Assembly: GCA_029775855.1 (NCBI GenBank)
Contig: JARVJZ010000003.1
Location: forward strand, 162,416 to 226,415
Direction: 5' to 3'
Source of the DNA: Nitrososphaeria archaeon
GTDB lineage: Archaea; Thermoproteota; Nitrososphaeria; Nitrososphaerales; JAAOZN01
Length of the DNA stretch: 64,000 nt
Position numbers and translations under genes: made by a program. Positions 20,822-29,855 of this stretch are shown piece after piece; the first letter of the stretch is position 1; every line of letters starts with the position of its first letter. The notes beneath the pieces are model-generated. The model worked only from the letters and a program-made list of their open reading frames with translations. It was not told the DNA's origin and did no database searches.

Positions 20822-22000
20822 CTAACTCTTCCTAAACATAAGATAGATGAACAGCGATGTTGTTAGGCTTATTCCAGCAATAGGGTAAAACACATACCCT
20901 AAAGGGATATAATCTATCAGTATGCCTGAAAACATCGGTCCAATTATAAGCCCTATGTCAGAGAAGATCCTATAGATCCCCATCGATAGCCCTCTATGCT
21001 TAGGGTCAGAAGATTCTACTGCTAAGCTCACTTGAGCCGGCATAGTAAGGCTGGTAGAGACGCCGAATGCCAATGCTACACTAACTAGAATCGCTATGTT
21101 AAATGAGAGCGCATATAGGGCTGTTGTTAAACCAGTAAGTGTAAAGCCATATATCATCGCTACTGTGGCTCCAAGTCTGTCCGTAAGCGCACCAGCCCAC
21201 CTCATCATAAAGAAGTTTACTAATGCTATTAGACTTAAAACCAACCCTACTTCAGACTCGCTTAAGTTAAGAACCTTTTCGCAGTATATGGGTAAGACTG
21301 TGAACCTAACGCCAGTGGTTAAAATGAAGGTTGAAGCAGCAGCAACGCAAGATACTATCATAGGTTTACTTCGAAGTTTTTCAGCTATCATCGACTTAAT
21401 ATAAACCCTCTCAGATACAATCTTCTTCTCATCTCTAGACCTTGAAAAACCCATGTATGTAGCTAAAGCGCTTACTAAAGAGAGGAGTGATAAAGTAAGA
21501 AAAGGGAGTCTAAGCCCACCTAAACCCGTCAAAAACCCTCCAATCGATGGCCCGAAAGCTGAACCTAAAAAGAAACTGCTTTGATAGTATCCTAGATACC
21601 TCCCTTTTTTGGCTTCGGGTAAGATGTCTGCTATATATGCTAAGGCTGAAGTTGTAAAGACAGCAGCCCCTACCCCTTGAATAAACCTTGCTACTATAAG
21701 CTGCAGTATGTTTGTCGAATATGCTGCAAGTATACCTGTGCCGACAAACAAAAGTGTGCCCAACAGTATGCTCTTCCTTCTACCTACTTTATCGGAGAGC
21801 CTGCCTGAAGGTATATCTGTAATTATCCTTGCTATACCAAAAGCTGAAATCGTAAAACCAACATAAGTATACGATGCGCCAAAGCTCTCAGCATATTTTG
21901 GTAAGATGGGAACTACTATACCGGCGCCGAGCATAATAATGAATGTGGCTGATGATATCATTACTAGTTTCTTTTCTACTGACCTCTCTCCGGCGACCAT
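20822..22000 (-). CDS. MFS transporter
   Basis: G.LSDKVGRRK motif, about 12 hydrophobic segments. Confidence 0.92.
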   Translation of the reverse strand: MVAGERSVEKKLVMISSATFIIMLGAGIVVPILPKYAESFGASYTYVGFTISAFGIARIITDIPSGRLSDKVGRRKSILLGTLLFVGTGILAAYSTNILQLIVARFIQGVGAAVFTTSALAYIADILPEAKKGRYLGYYQSSFFLGSAFGPSIGGFLTGLGGLRLPFLTLSLLSLVSALATYMGFSRSRDEKKIVSERVYIKSMIAEKLRSKPMIVSCVAAASTFILTTGVRFTVLPIYCEKVLNLSESEVGLVLSLIALVNFFMMRWAGALTDRLGATVAMIYGFTLTGLTTALYALSFNIAILVSVALAFGVSTSLTMPAQVSLAVESSDPKHRGLSMGIYRIFSDIGLIIGPMFSGILIDYIPLGYVFYPIAGISLTTSLFIYLMFRKS

Positions 22001-22028
22001 TTTTTGGTCTCTTACTATGCAACGAAGC

Positions 22029-22238
22029 TTACTTCTTTTTCGACAACCACCATTCTAAATATTCATTCCTTTCTTGCTTCTTCTTCCTCTTCTCATCAAG
22101 CTCTGCCCGCCGCTTATCCTTCAAATCCAAAAGTTCATCCTTCGTTAGGTAGAGCCCACAGCTTGTGCAGATATACCGCTTGGTGGATGTCTCATATGTC
22201 ATAGCTCCGCCGCATTCGGGACAGAAGTTTTGTGACAT
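22029..22238 (-). CDS. Small Zn-ribbon protein
   Basis: CPECGG...CTSCG; EYLEWWL tail. Confidence 0.8.
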   Translation of the reverse strand: MSQNFCPECGGAMTYETSTKRYICTSCGLYLTKDELLDLKDKRRAELDEKRKKKQERNEYLEWWLSKKK

Positions 22239-22438
22239 TTAACAACTGTTGCCAAAGCATAAGATTAAAACCTTACTCTGAGAATTATTACAGAAAGAAG
22301 TGTTCAATTTGCAGCTAAACTTGTCTAAAAAAGTTTGCTTCCTAAAATTAGCAACTACTACTTAATCAAATATTAACTTTATTAATCGTCTAGGGTTTTG
22401 AAACGCGTATCCTAAAAGTATATCTACACCTGATTAGA

Positions 22439-22633
22439 ATGGTGAACGAAATAGCTATGTCCCAAATACAACTACCTACATGCACATCCTGCAACAAACC
22501 TATAACACCTGGAGAAGAGGCGGTAAAGTTCTACTGCCCAGAGTGCGGCGCTGTCTTAATCTGGCGATGTGAAAAATGTAGAATCTTCTTTAGACCATAT
22601 AAATGTGTGAACTGCGGCTTCGAAGGACCTTAG
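22439..22633 (+). CDS. Double Zn-ribbon protein (DUF1610/HVO_2753-like)
   Basis: CTSC, FYCPECG, RCEKCR, Y.C.NCGFEGP; precedes EF-1beta. Confidence 0.9.
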   Translation: MVNEIAMSQIQLPTCTSCNKPITPGEEAVKFYCPECGAVLIWRCEKCRIFFRPYKCVNCGFEGP

Positions 22634-22648
22634 CGGGGTGTGAATTAG

Positions 22649-22927
22649 TTGGGTGATGTGCTCGTCAGAGTAAAAGTGCTTCCAGATGATATCACAGTAT
22701 CTTTGGATGAATTAACTGAGAAGATAATAAATAAACTTCCAGCCGGCTCCTCACTCTTAAAGAAGGTTCAAGAACCTATAGCATTTGGGCTATCAGCGCT
22801 CATCTTAGATATTAAAATAAAAGAATCTGAAGGAGTTCTGGATACACTTGAGGCTTCAATTAAAGATGTGGAGCACGTAAGTCAAGTAGATGTTGTGGGT
22901 GTGAGCCGTTTATCTACTTCACTTTAA
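22649..22927 (+). CDS. ef1b: Elongation factor 1-beta
   Basis: EPIAFGL.AL motif. Confidence 0.92.
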   Translation: MGDVLVRVKVLPDDITVSLDELTEKIINKLPAGSSLLKKVQEPIAFGLSALILDIKIKESEGVLDTLEASIKDVEHVSQVDVVGVSRLSTSL

Positions 22928-22982
22928 CCCAATAAACTTTATTTTAGGTAATGCGTGCTAGCAGTTCAGAAAGGTATCTAAG

Positions 22983-25175
22983 TTGGGTAAGGTAAGCCGC
23001 CTAGCTGCTGTTAGGCTTAAGGTTAGAGAAGCTAAACATAGAGATGTAGCAAAATATCGAGCTAGAATCCCACCCAAAGTTATGAAACGGCTTAACATAA
23101 GAGATGGCGACATAGTGGAGATAGTAGGCAAGCAGAGCACAGCAGCAATCGCATGGCCTCTTGACGAAGATGAGCAGAATAGCCAAATAATTAGGCTCGA
23201 CTGGTTGACAAGAAAAAACGCAGGACTCGCATTAAACGATTATGCTGTAGTAAGAAAGGCGCAGACTAAGGTAGCTAGAACTATTAGGATTATGCCTACT
23301 GGGGCCAAACTTATGGTTGATGAAGCGTTCTCTGAATTTGTAAAGAATAGGCTTAACGGCATACCCGTGCTGGAAGGGCAGAGTTTAACCGTTATGATAT
23401 TAGGAAATTCGGTTAACTTCAAGGTTGTAGAAACTAATCCAAAGGGGTTTGTAGTAATTGATGAAACATCTGAACTTATGATTAGCCCAGATGCAGAGAA
23501 GACGACAAGTGGATTATCTATTGTAACATTTGATGATGTGGGTGGGTTAAGTATGGAGATCAAACGATTAAGGGAAATGATAGAGATTCCGCTTAAACAT
23601 CCAGAAGTCTTTCGGCGTTTAGGCATCGAACCCCCTTCAGGTGTGCTGCTTTATGGTCCACCTGGCTGTGGTAAGACGCTATTAGCTAGAGCCTTGGCTA
23701 ATGAATGTGATGCTTGCTTTTTCAGTATAAGTGGGCCGGAGATCATGAATAAATATTATGGTGAGAGTGAAGCTAAGCTTCGCGAGATCTTTAAAGAGGC
23801 TTCTGAAAATGCGCCGAGCATAATCTTCATAGACGAAATAGATGCCATAGCACCCAAAAGAGAAGAGGTTATAGGTGATGTTGAGAAGCGTGTAGTTGCA
23901 CAGCTCTTAGCCCTCATGGACGGCATCTCAGAGAGGCGTTCAGTTATCGTAGTAGGTGCAACTAATAGGCCAGAATCACTAGATCCAGCGCTCCGTAGAC
24001 CAGGTAGATTTGACAGAGAGATTGAAATCGGGGTACCAAATCAAAGATCTAGGCTAGAAATACTACAGATACACACTCGAGGTATGCCTTTAGACGAAGA
24101 TGTAGACTTAGAATCTTTAGCTTCTTCTCTACACGGGTATACTGGCGCAGATATCCGCGCGTTATGTCAAGAAGCTGCGCTTATTGCGTTGCGTAGGTAT
24201 ATTCCAGATATTGATCTTGAGGACAGTAGGGTTCCTCCGGAGATTCTTGAAAAGATGGTTGTGCGGCTATCAGATTTTCAGGAAGCTATGAAGCAGATCG
24301 TTCCAACCGCTATGAGGGAGTTCTATGTTGAATCACCTAAGGTAAGGTGGAGCGACATAGGCGGTTTAGCTAAGGTGAAAGAGACTTTGATAGAGAATGT
24401 AATATGGGCTTTGAAGTATCCCGAAAGGTTTAGACGATTAGGGATATCCGCGGCTTCAGGTGTTCTACTCTATGGGCCATCTGGCTGTGGGAAGACGATG
24501 CTCGCGCACGCATTAGCGTGTGAGAGTGGTGCAAACCTCATTAAAGTGCATGGTCCTGAGATTCTATCAAAATGGGTTGGTGAATCTGAAAAAGCTATTC
24601 GCGATATTTTTCGAAAAGCCAAGTTTTCCTCGCCTTGCATCCTCTTCTTCGATGAAATCGACTCAATAGCAAGGTCTCGTTCATCTCTAGATGAATACCA
24701 AGCCTCAGAAAAGATCTTAAGCCAGCTTCTAACAGAGATCGACAATATAAAAAATACTTCAGGCACCTTTGTAGTAGCCGCAACTAATAGACCAGATCTA
24801 ATAGATCCAGCGCTTCTAAGACCTGGTAGGCTTGACCTCTTGGTATATGTTCCTCCGCCTGATGAAGCCGGTAGGCTAGAGGTGCTGCGAATACTTACAT
24901 CAAGGATGCCTTTGTCGCAAGATGTTAAGTTAGAGGATCTTGCTAAACAGACCCAAGGATATTCAGGTGCGGATCTGCAGGCGCTTGTTAGGGAGGCTGG
25001 TTTATCCGCTTTACGCGCTTTTGGTGATTCTCCTGTTGTTAAGTTAGCTGATTTTCAAAGTGCTTTAAATAGGGTTAGACCATCTATAACTAAGGATGTT
25101 GAGTCTTGGTATAATTTGTGGAGTCAGCAGCTCAGCAGTAGGGTTGGTGGTGCTCAGAAGACCTTTTACACTTAA
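22983..25175 (+). CDS. cdc48: Cdc48/VCP AAA ATPase
   Basis: Two AAA modules ([16 protein letters not shown]), [13 protein letters not shown]. Confidence 0.95.
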   Translation: MGKVSRLAAVRLKVREAKHRDVAKYRARIPPKVMKRLNIRDGDIVEIVGKQSTAAIAWPLDEDEQNSQIIRLDWLTRKNAGLALNDYAVVRKAQTKVARTIRIMPTGAKLMVDEAFSEFVKNRLNGIPVLEGQSLTVMILGNSVNFKVVETNPKGFVVIDETSELMISPDAEKTTSGLSIVTFDDVGGLSMEIKRLREMIEIPLKHPEVFRRLGIEPPSGVLLYGPPGCGKTLLARALANECDACFFSISGPEIMNKYYGESEAKLREIFKEASENAPSIIFIDEIDAIAPKREEVIGDVEKRVVAQLLALMDGISERRSVIVVGATNRPESLDPALRRPGRFDREIEIGVPNQRSRLEILQIHTRGMPLDEDVDLESLASSLHGYTGADIRALCQEAALIALRRYIPDIDLEDSRVPPEILEKMVVRLSDFQEAMKQIVPTAMREFYVESPKVRWSDIGGLAKVKETLIENVIWALKYPERFRRLGISAASGVLLYGPSGCGKTMLAHALACESGANLIKVHGPEILSKWVGESEKAIRDIFRKAKFSSPCILFFDEIDSIARSRSSLDEYQASEKILSQLLTEIDNIKNTSGTFVVAATNRPDLIDPALLRPGRLDLLVYVPPPDEAGRLEVLRILTSRMPLSQDVKLEDLAKQTQGYSGADLQALVREAGLSALRAFGDSPVVKLADFQSALNRVRPSITKDVESWYNLWSQQLSSRVGGAQKTFYT

Positions 25176-25225
25176 ATAGGATCTAGATATCAATTATTTT
25201 AATGTATGTTTAGAGGAGTCGGTGT

Positions 25226-25456
25226 TTGAGGTTTCTGCTTAAGAACTATGTCTATGAGAAAATCAAGCAAGCTAGAAGTATTACTGATGTTGATCTGCTG
25301 AATGAGTTAGTGAAGAACGGTTTTGATGTGAATATGTCGATGCTTAACAAGGTTCTGCTTAAGCTTGAAATCCTTGGTTTAATAAGCGTAAGTTGGGTTG
25401 GAAAAGATAAGAGAAGGATAGAGTTTATCGAGCCGCCTCAACAGCAGCCAACCTAA
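25226..25456 (+). CDS. Small winged-helix-like protein
   Basis: LNK.LL.LE..GLI.V.W pattern; own TATA upstream. Confidence 0.7.
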   Translation: MRFLLKNYVYEKIKQARSITDVDLLNELVKNGFDVNMSMLNKVLLKLEILGLISVSWVGKDKRRIEFIEPPQQQPT

Positions 25457-25896
25457 CCTTCCGCTGCTTTTATGAGTTCGCGTAGCTTAGTAGTGCTTAC
25501 GCCGAGCAGCTGCCTTATCTTTGAATTTTTTTCAACTACTACTACTGCGCCTCCGAGAACTGCTAGGGCTGATTCGTATTCTTTGACCATCCTTAGGTAT
25601 CTTGAGGCTTCCTCCTTTGTCAAGTAGTCTTTTAATTCTCCTCTATTTTCGTCTTCGAGAAGCACGTGTATGCCTTGCTCTCTTAGTTTCTTCCGTTCTT
25701 CTTCTCCTTCGCTTGCTTCTAAGGTCTTTAGTCTTGATAGTCTTTTTATGTATTCGCTTAGGTTTGGGTGTGTTGGTTCATCGTTGACCATTTTTAGCCT
25801 TCTTGAGCCGCAGACAGGGCATCTGCTTGGTATGCGTTCGTATAAGTTGCTGGGTATATGTAGATAGTTGCAGTTATCGCATCGCCAGCCAGCCAA
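25453..25896 (-). CDS. Zn-ribbon hypothetical protein
   Basis: CDNC...CPVCGS. Confidence 0.7.
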   Translation of the reverse strand: MAGWRCDNCNYLHIPSNLYERIPSRCPVCGSRRLKMVNDEPTHPNLSEYIKRLSRLKTLEASEGEEERKKLREQGIHVLLEDENRGELKDYLTKEEASRYLRMVKEYESALAVLGGAVVVVEKNSKIRQLLGVSTTKLRELIKAAEG

Positions 25897-25941
25897 CTAA
25901 GGTTAGTTTAGTGGGGAGCCAAAGATAAATTTATCCAAATA

Positions 25942-26985
25942 GTGTCTATCTTGGATATGGGTGTAGATTTAGGCGAGATAGTCTCAAAGAGGAAGTTGAA
26001 GCTAGAGGAGCTACGTGGATGCACTATCGCGGTGGATGCGTATAACGCGCTATATCAGTTTTTGGCGGTTATAAGGGGTGAGCAAGGCGAGCCGCTTAGA
26101 GATCGAAGTGGTAGGGTAACCAGCCACCTTAGTGGTCTCTTCTACAGGAATGTGAACCTCCTTTCTTTAGGTATAAAACCGATTTACATTTTGGATGGTC
26201 AGCCTCCTAGTCTTAAAGCTGCTGAGATAGCTCGTAGGAGGAAGGTGAAGGAGGAGGCTGTGGTAAAATATGCTGAGGCTCTGTCTAGAGGAGACTATGA
26301 GGCTGCTAGAAAATATGCTCAATTTACCTCCATAATCAAAGACTACATGGTTGAAGACACTAAGACGCTGCTTAACCTTCTTGGGATACCTTGGATTGAA
26401 GCGCCTTCTGAAGGCGAAGCCACAGCAGCTTATCTTACCAAGATAGGTGTTGCAACACATACCGCAAGCCAAGACTATGACTCGCTTCTATTTGGTGCAC
26501 CTCGTCTAGTAAGAAATGTAGCCATATCTGGAAGAAGGAAGCTTCCGAATAAGCCTGTGTATGTAGAGGTTGAGCCGGAGGAGATCAGCCTTCAAACTGT
26601 TTTAAGGGAACTGGGGTTAACAAGGGAGCAGCTCATAGATGTTGGTATACTTGTTGGTACAGACTTTAACCCCGATGGCTTTAAGGGTATTGGTCCGGTT
26701 AAGGCGTTGAAGTATATTAAGCAGTATGGTAGGCTTGAGGATGTGCCTGAGATTAAGGATGCTTTGGCTGAAATAGATTATGAATCTATAAGGTCGATCT
26801 TTCTGAATCCGAAGGTTTCCACGCAAGTCGAGGTTAAATGGGGTGAGGTTGATGAGGAGGGTGTTGTAGATTTTCTATGCGGAGAGCGTAGTTTCTCAGA
26901 GGAGCGTGTAAGGTCTGCTCTCAGTAAGTTGAAGGATGCCCAAAAGAAGTCGTCTGAGACGCTTGAACGCTGGTTTGGTGTGTAG
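25942..26985 (+). CDS. fen: Flap endonuclease 1
   Basis: MGV, DAYNALYQFL, APSEGEA, SQDYD, GTDFN, GIGP..A, PIP-like TLERWF. Confidence 0.96.
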   Translation: MSILDMGVDLGEIVSKRKLKLEELRGCTIAVDAYNALYQFLAVIRGEQGEPLRDRSGRVTSHLSGLFYRNVNLLSLGIKPIYILDGQPPSLKAAEIARRRKVKEEAVVKYAEALSRGDYEAARKYAQFTSIIKDYMVEDTKTLLNLLGIPWIEAPSEGEATAAYLTKIGVATHTASQDYDSLLFGAPRLVRNVAISGRRKLPNKPVYVEVEPEEISLQTVLRELGLTREQLIDVGILVGTDFNPDGFKGIGPVKALKYIKQYGRLEDVPEIKDALAEIDYESIRSIFLNPKVSTQVEVKWGEVDEEGVVDFLCGERSFSEERVRSALSKLKDAQKKSSETLERWFGV

Positions 26986-26990
26986 TCGAG

Positions 26991-27677
26991 GTGCAGAGTA
27001 TGAGTGTGCATATGACTTTTGAGGAGCAGAGACTTAACCTAGTTAAGAACCTAAAGGAGGAAGGTCTGATCAAGTCAAAGGCCGTTGAATCAGCCTTCTT
27101 GAAGGTGCCGAGGGAGAAGTTTGTTTGGCCAGATGAGGTGGAGAACGCTTATCTTGATATTCCACTCCCCTTAGGGAAGACAAGGCAGACTATTTCGGCG
27201 CCACATATGGTTGCTATCATGCTGGAAGCTCTAGAGCTTAGAAGGGGCCTTAAGGTTCTAGAGGTAGGGTGTGGAAGTGGATACTCTGCCGCCCTTATGG
27301 CTGAGATTGTCGGATCAAATGGGCGTGTGGTTTCGATAGAGCGTATCCCAGAGCTTGTTGAGTTTGCCAAACGCAACCTAGCTAATGTCGGTTATAGTGA
27401 TGTTGTAGAGGTTATTTTGGGCGATGGGTGCCTTGGATACCCTCCTAGGTCTGAGGAGGAGATTTATGATAGAGTTGTGGTTACAGCAGCGGCTTCCACT
27501 ATACCCAAATACCTTAAGAAGCAGACCAAGCAAGGTGGGATTCTTCTGATACCAGTAGGGGGTTCGTGGTCTCAGACGCTTAAAAAGCTTGTTAAGATCT
27601 CCGTTGATAAATTTGATGTTAAGGATGTTACTGAGTGTGTGTTTGTGCCTTTGGTTGAGTCTGATGAAGCCTTGTAG
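26991..27677 (+). CDS. pcm: Protein-L-isoaspartate O-methyltransferase
   Basis: VPREKF, QTISAPHMVA, VLEVGCGSGY. Confidence 0.95.
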   Translation: MQSMSVHMTFEEQRLNLVKNLKEEGLIKSKAVESAFLKVPREKFVWPDEVENAYLDIPLPLGKTRQTISAPHMVAIMLEALELRRGLKVLEVGCGSGYSAALMAEIVGSNGRVVSIERIPELVEFAKRNLANVGYSDVVEVILGDGCLGYPPRSEEEIYDRVVVTAAASTIPKYLKKQTKQGGILLIPVGGSWSQTLKKLVKISVDKFDVKDVTECVFVPLVESDEAL

Positions 27678-27722
27678 CGTAGTGCTTAAGAATATTGGGT
27701 GCGATGGTTAAAGTAGATAGAG

Positions 27723-28496
27723 TTGACTTGTCGTGTCTGTGGAAAGTCGGAGGCTCTGCCTTTTAAATGCGCTTACTGTGGCGGCTTCTTCTGCGCTGAA
27801 CATAGGCTTCCTGAGAATCATAGCTGCCCAGAGCTCTGGTTAGCTAAACCGCCTGTGGAGCGTTGGCGTGGTGTAGAGCGGATAGATTATGTTCCCCTGA
27901 GGCGAAGATATGTTGGTGTGAATCGTTTGGGTTCAACTGAGGCAAAGCACCTAACCTTGGCTTCGATACTAGTTCTTTTAGTCGGGCTTTCACTCGGTTG
28001 GAAGAGTGATCTAACAGTTTTAGCTGGAACCGCGCTTATCTTTTTAGCTTCGTTTATGTTGCATGAGTTAGCTCACCGTTTTTCGGCAAAGAGGCGTGGT
28101 CTTTGGGCTGAGTTTAGGCTTGAGCCATACGGCGCTCTTCTCACTGCGATAAGCATCGTTTCGCCGTTTAAGATAATCGCTCCTGGTGCGGTTTTTGTTG
28201 TTGGCGCAGCTGGCTTTGATGTTATAGGTAAGGTTGCTTTAAGCGGACCTTTAACCAACCTTATTCTTATGGTGGTGCTGTATGTGGCTCGTCTGTTTGT
28301 TCCTAGTGATATTTTTTGGGTTAATATAGTTCTTGGATATGGTATCTATGTGAACGCTATTATAGCCTTCTTTAATCTTCTACCCTTTGCATCGTTAGAT
28401 GGAAGGAAGGTTTTGATGTGGAGTAGGAATGTCTGGCTCTTGTTCTTTGCTTTAAGCCTCGCTATGCTTTTGGCTTCGGTTAGCGGTTTTCTTTAG
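27723..28496 (+). CDS. AN1 Zn finger fused to M50 site-2 protease-like domain
   Basis: C..C..PFKC.YCG..FC.EHRLPENH.C; HELAH; NLLP...LDG. Confidence 0.88.
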   Translation: MTCRVCGKSEALPFKCAYCGGFFCAEHRLPENHSCPELWLAKPPVERWRGVERIDYVPLRRRYVGVNRLGSTEAKHLTLASILVLLVGLSLGWKSDLTVLAGTALIFLASFMLHELAHRFSAKRRGLWAEFRLEPYGALLTAISIVSPFKIIAPGAVFVVGAAGFDVIGKVALSGPLTNLILMVVLYVARLFVPSDIFWVNIVLGYGIYVNAIIAFFNLLPFASLDGRKVLMWSRNVWLLFFALSLAMLLASVSGFL

Positions 28497-28545
28497 AGGC
28501 AAGAAGTATAGATATAAGGTAGGATGTCGCATAAGTTAGAGGGTA

Positions 28546-29295
28546 GTGATGACGATTCAAGTTAAGGTTCTGGATAGCCCAAAACTTAGAGAGCCTGTGC
28601 TGATCTGCGGTTTGCCTGGCAGTGGTTATGTTGCTAAGATAGCGGTAGATTTTCTCGTCAGCGAGCTTAAGGCAAGCCCGCTTGCGACGATATATTCATA
28701 CTCCTTTCCACCTCAGGTCTTGATTAGATCTGATGGGTCTGCTGAGCTAACTAAACATGAGATGGCTTATGTTCTTGGGCAGAGTCAAGACCTAATACTT
28801 TACACGGGTGATGCGCAACCCGTAAATCCAGAGGCTGAGTATGAGCTTTCAAATAAGGTCTTGGATCTTGCAGAGGGATTCGGCGTTAGAAGAGTATTCA
28901 CTTTGGCGGCATACATAACAGGTCAATTTGTAAAAACTCCTAGGGTGTTTGGGACTGCGACTAACCACGAGTTTCTCAAAATGTTGATACAGAGCGGCGC
29001 GAATGTAATGAGCGAAGGCACTATCACTGGGATGAATGGGTTGATAATAGGTCTTGCTGCTCTAAGGGGTATGGTTGGCGCTTGCTTGCTAGGTGAAACC
29101 TCTGGATATGTAATGGATCCAAAGGCTTCCCATGCTGTCCTCTCTATTCTTAAGAAGGTGTTAGGTTTAGAGGTGAATCTGGCACCACTCGAAGAGCGTG
29201 CTAGGCAAGGTGAAGTGCTTAGGAGCATACTTGAGTCGATGAGAAAGTCTACACCAGAACCGCAGCCAGAGAAGGATCTAGGCTATATTAGTTAA
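28546..29295 (+). CDS. Proteasome assembly chaperone (PAC2 family)
   Basis: GLPGSGYVAK, FPPQV, CLLGETSG...DP. Confidence 0.9.
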   Translation: MMTIQVKVLDSPKLREPVLICGLPGSGYVAKIAVDFLVSELKASPLATIYSYSFPPQVLIRSDGSAELTKHEMAYVLGQSQDLILYTGDAQPVNPEAEYELSNKVLDLAEGFGVRRVFTLAAYITGQFVKTPRVFGTATNHEFLKMLIQSGANVMSEGTITGMNGLIIGLAALRGMVGACLLGETSGYVMDPKASHAVLSILKKVLGLEVNLAPLEERARQGEVLRSILESMRKSTPEPQPEKDLGYIS

Positions 29296-29318
29296 TCTAC
29301 CTAAGATGTGATGAGTGG

Positions 29319-29852
29319 TTGGAAGGTATCCTAAGTATTCTGAGAGCAGCTGGCAGACTTAAACAGATACAGCGAACCGGTTGGAAGACCAAGGTTCATG
29401 TAGTTGATGCTGAATCGGTAGCAGACCATAGCTTCAGAGTCAGTTTAGCTTCTATGCTTCTTAGTGACTTGATCGGTCTGGATACGCTGAAAGTGGTGAG
29501 GATGGCTCTAATACACGATCTTGCAGAATCAATTATAGGTGACCTAACACCAGAACAAGCGAATAAAGAGGGTAAAGAAGCGCTCGAAGACGCTGTGGCG
29601 CTCAAACTTTTAAGTGGTTTGCCTGAAAAGATCAAGCAGCTTTACATCAACTCTTGGAGAGAGTGGACTCAAGGCGGAAGTAGAGAAGCTAATCTTGTGC
29701 GTGAAGTAGATGCCCTTGAGATGGCTCTTCAAGCCGAAGAGTATGCTCAAAGCGGTTATGATCAAAATACGCTCTTAGAGTTTAAGAGGTATGCTTCTAC
29801 TCGTATAAAGAGCAAAGATGTTATGAATCTGCTGAAGATGGTGGTGAAGTAG
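29319..29852 (+). CDS. HD-domain hydrolase (HDDC2/YfbR-like)
   Basis: LK...RTGW, ESVADHS, HDLAE...GD. Confidence 0.9.
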   Translation: MEGILSILRAAGRLKQIQRTGWKTKVHVVDAESVADHSFRVSLASMLLSDLIGLDTLKVVRMALIHDLAESIIGDLTPEQANKEGKEALEDAVALKLLSGLPEKIKQLYINSWREWTQGGSREANLVREVDALEMALQAEEYAQSGYDQNTLLEFKRYASTRIKSKDVMNLLKMVVK

Positions 29853-29855
29853 CAC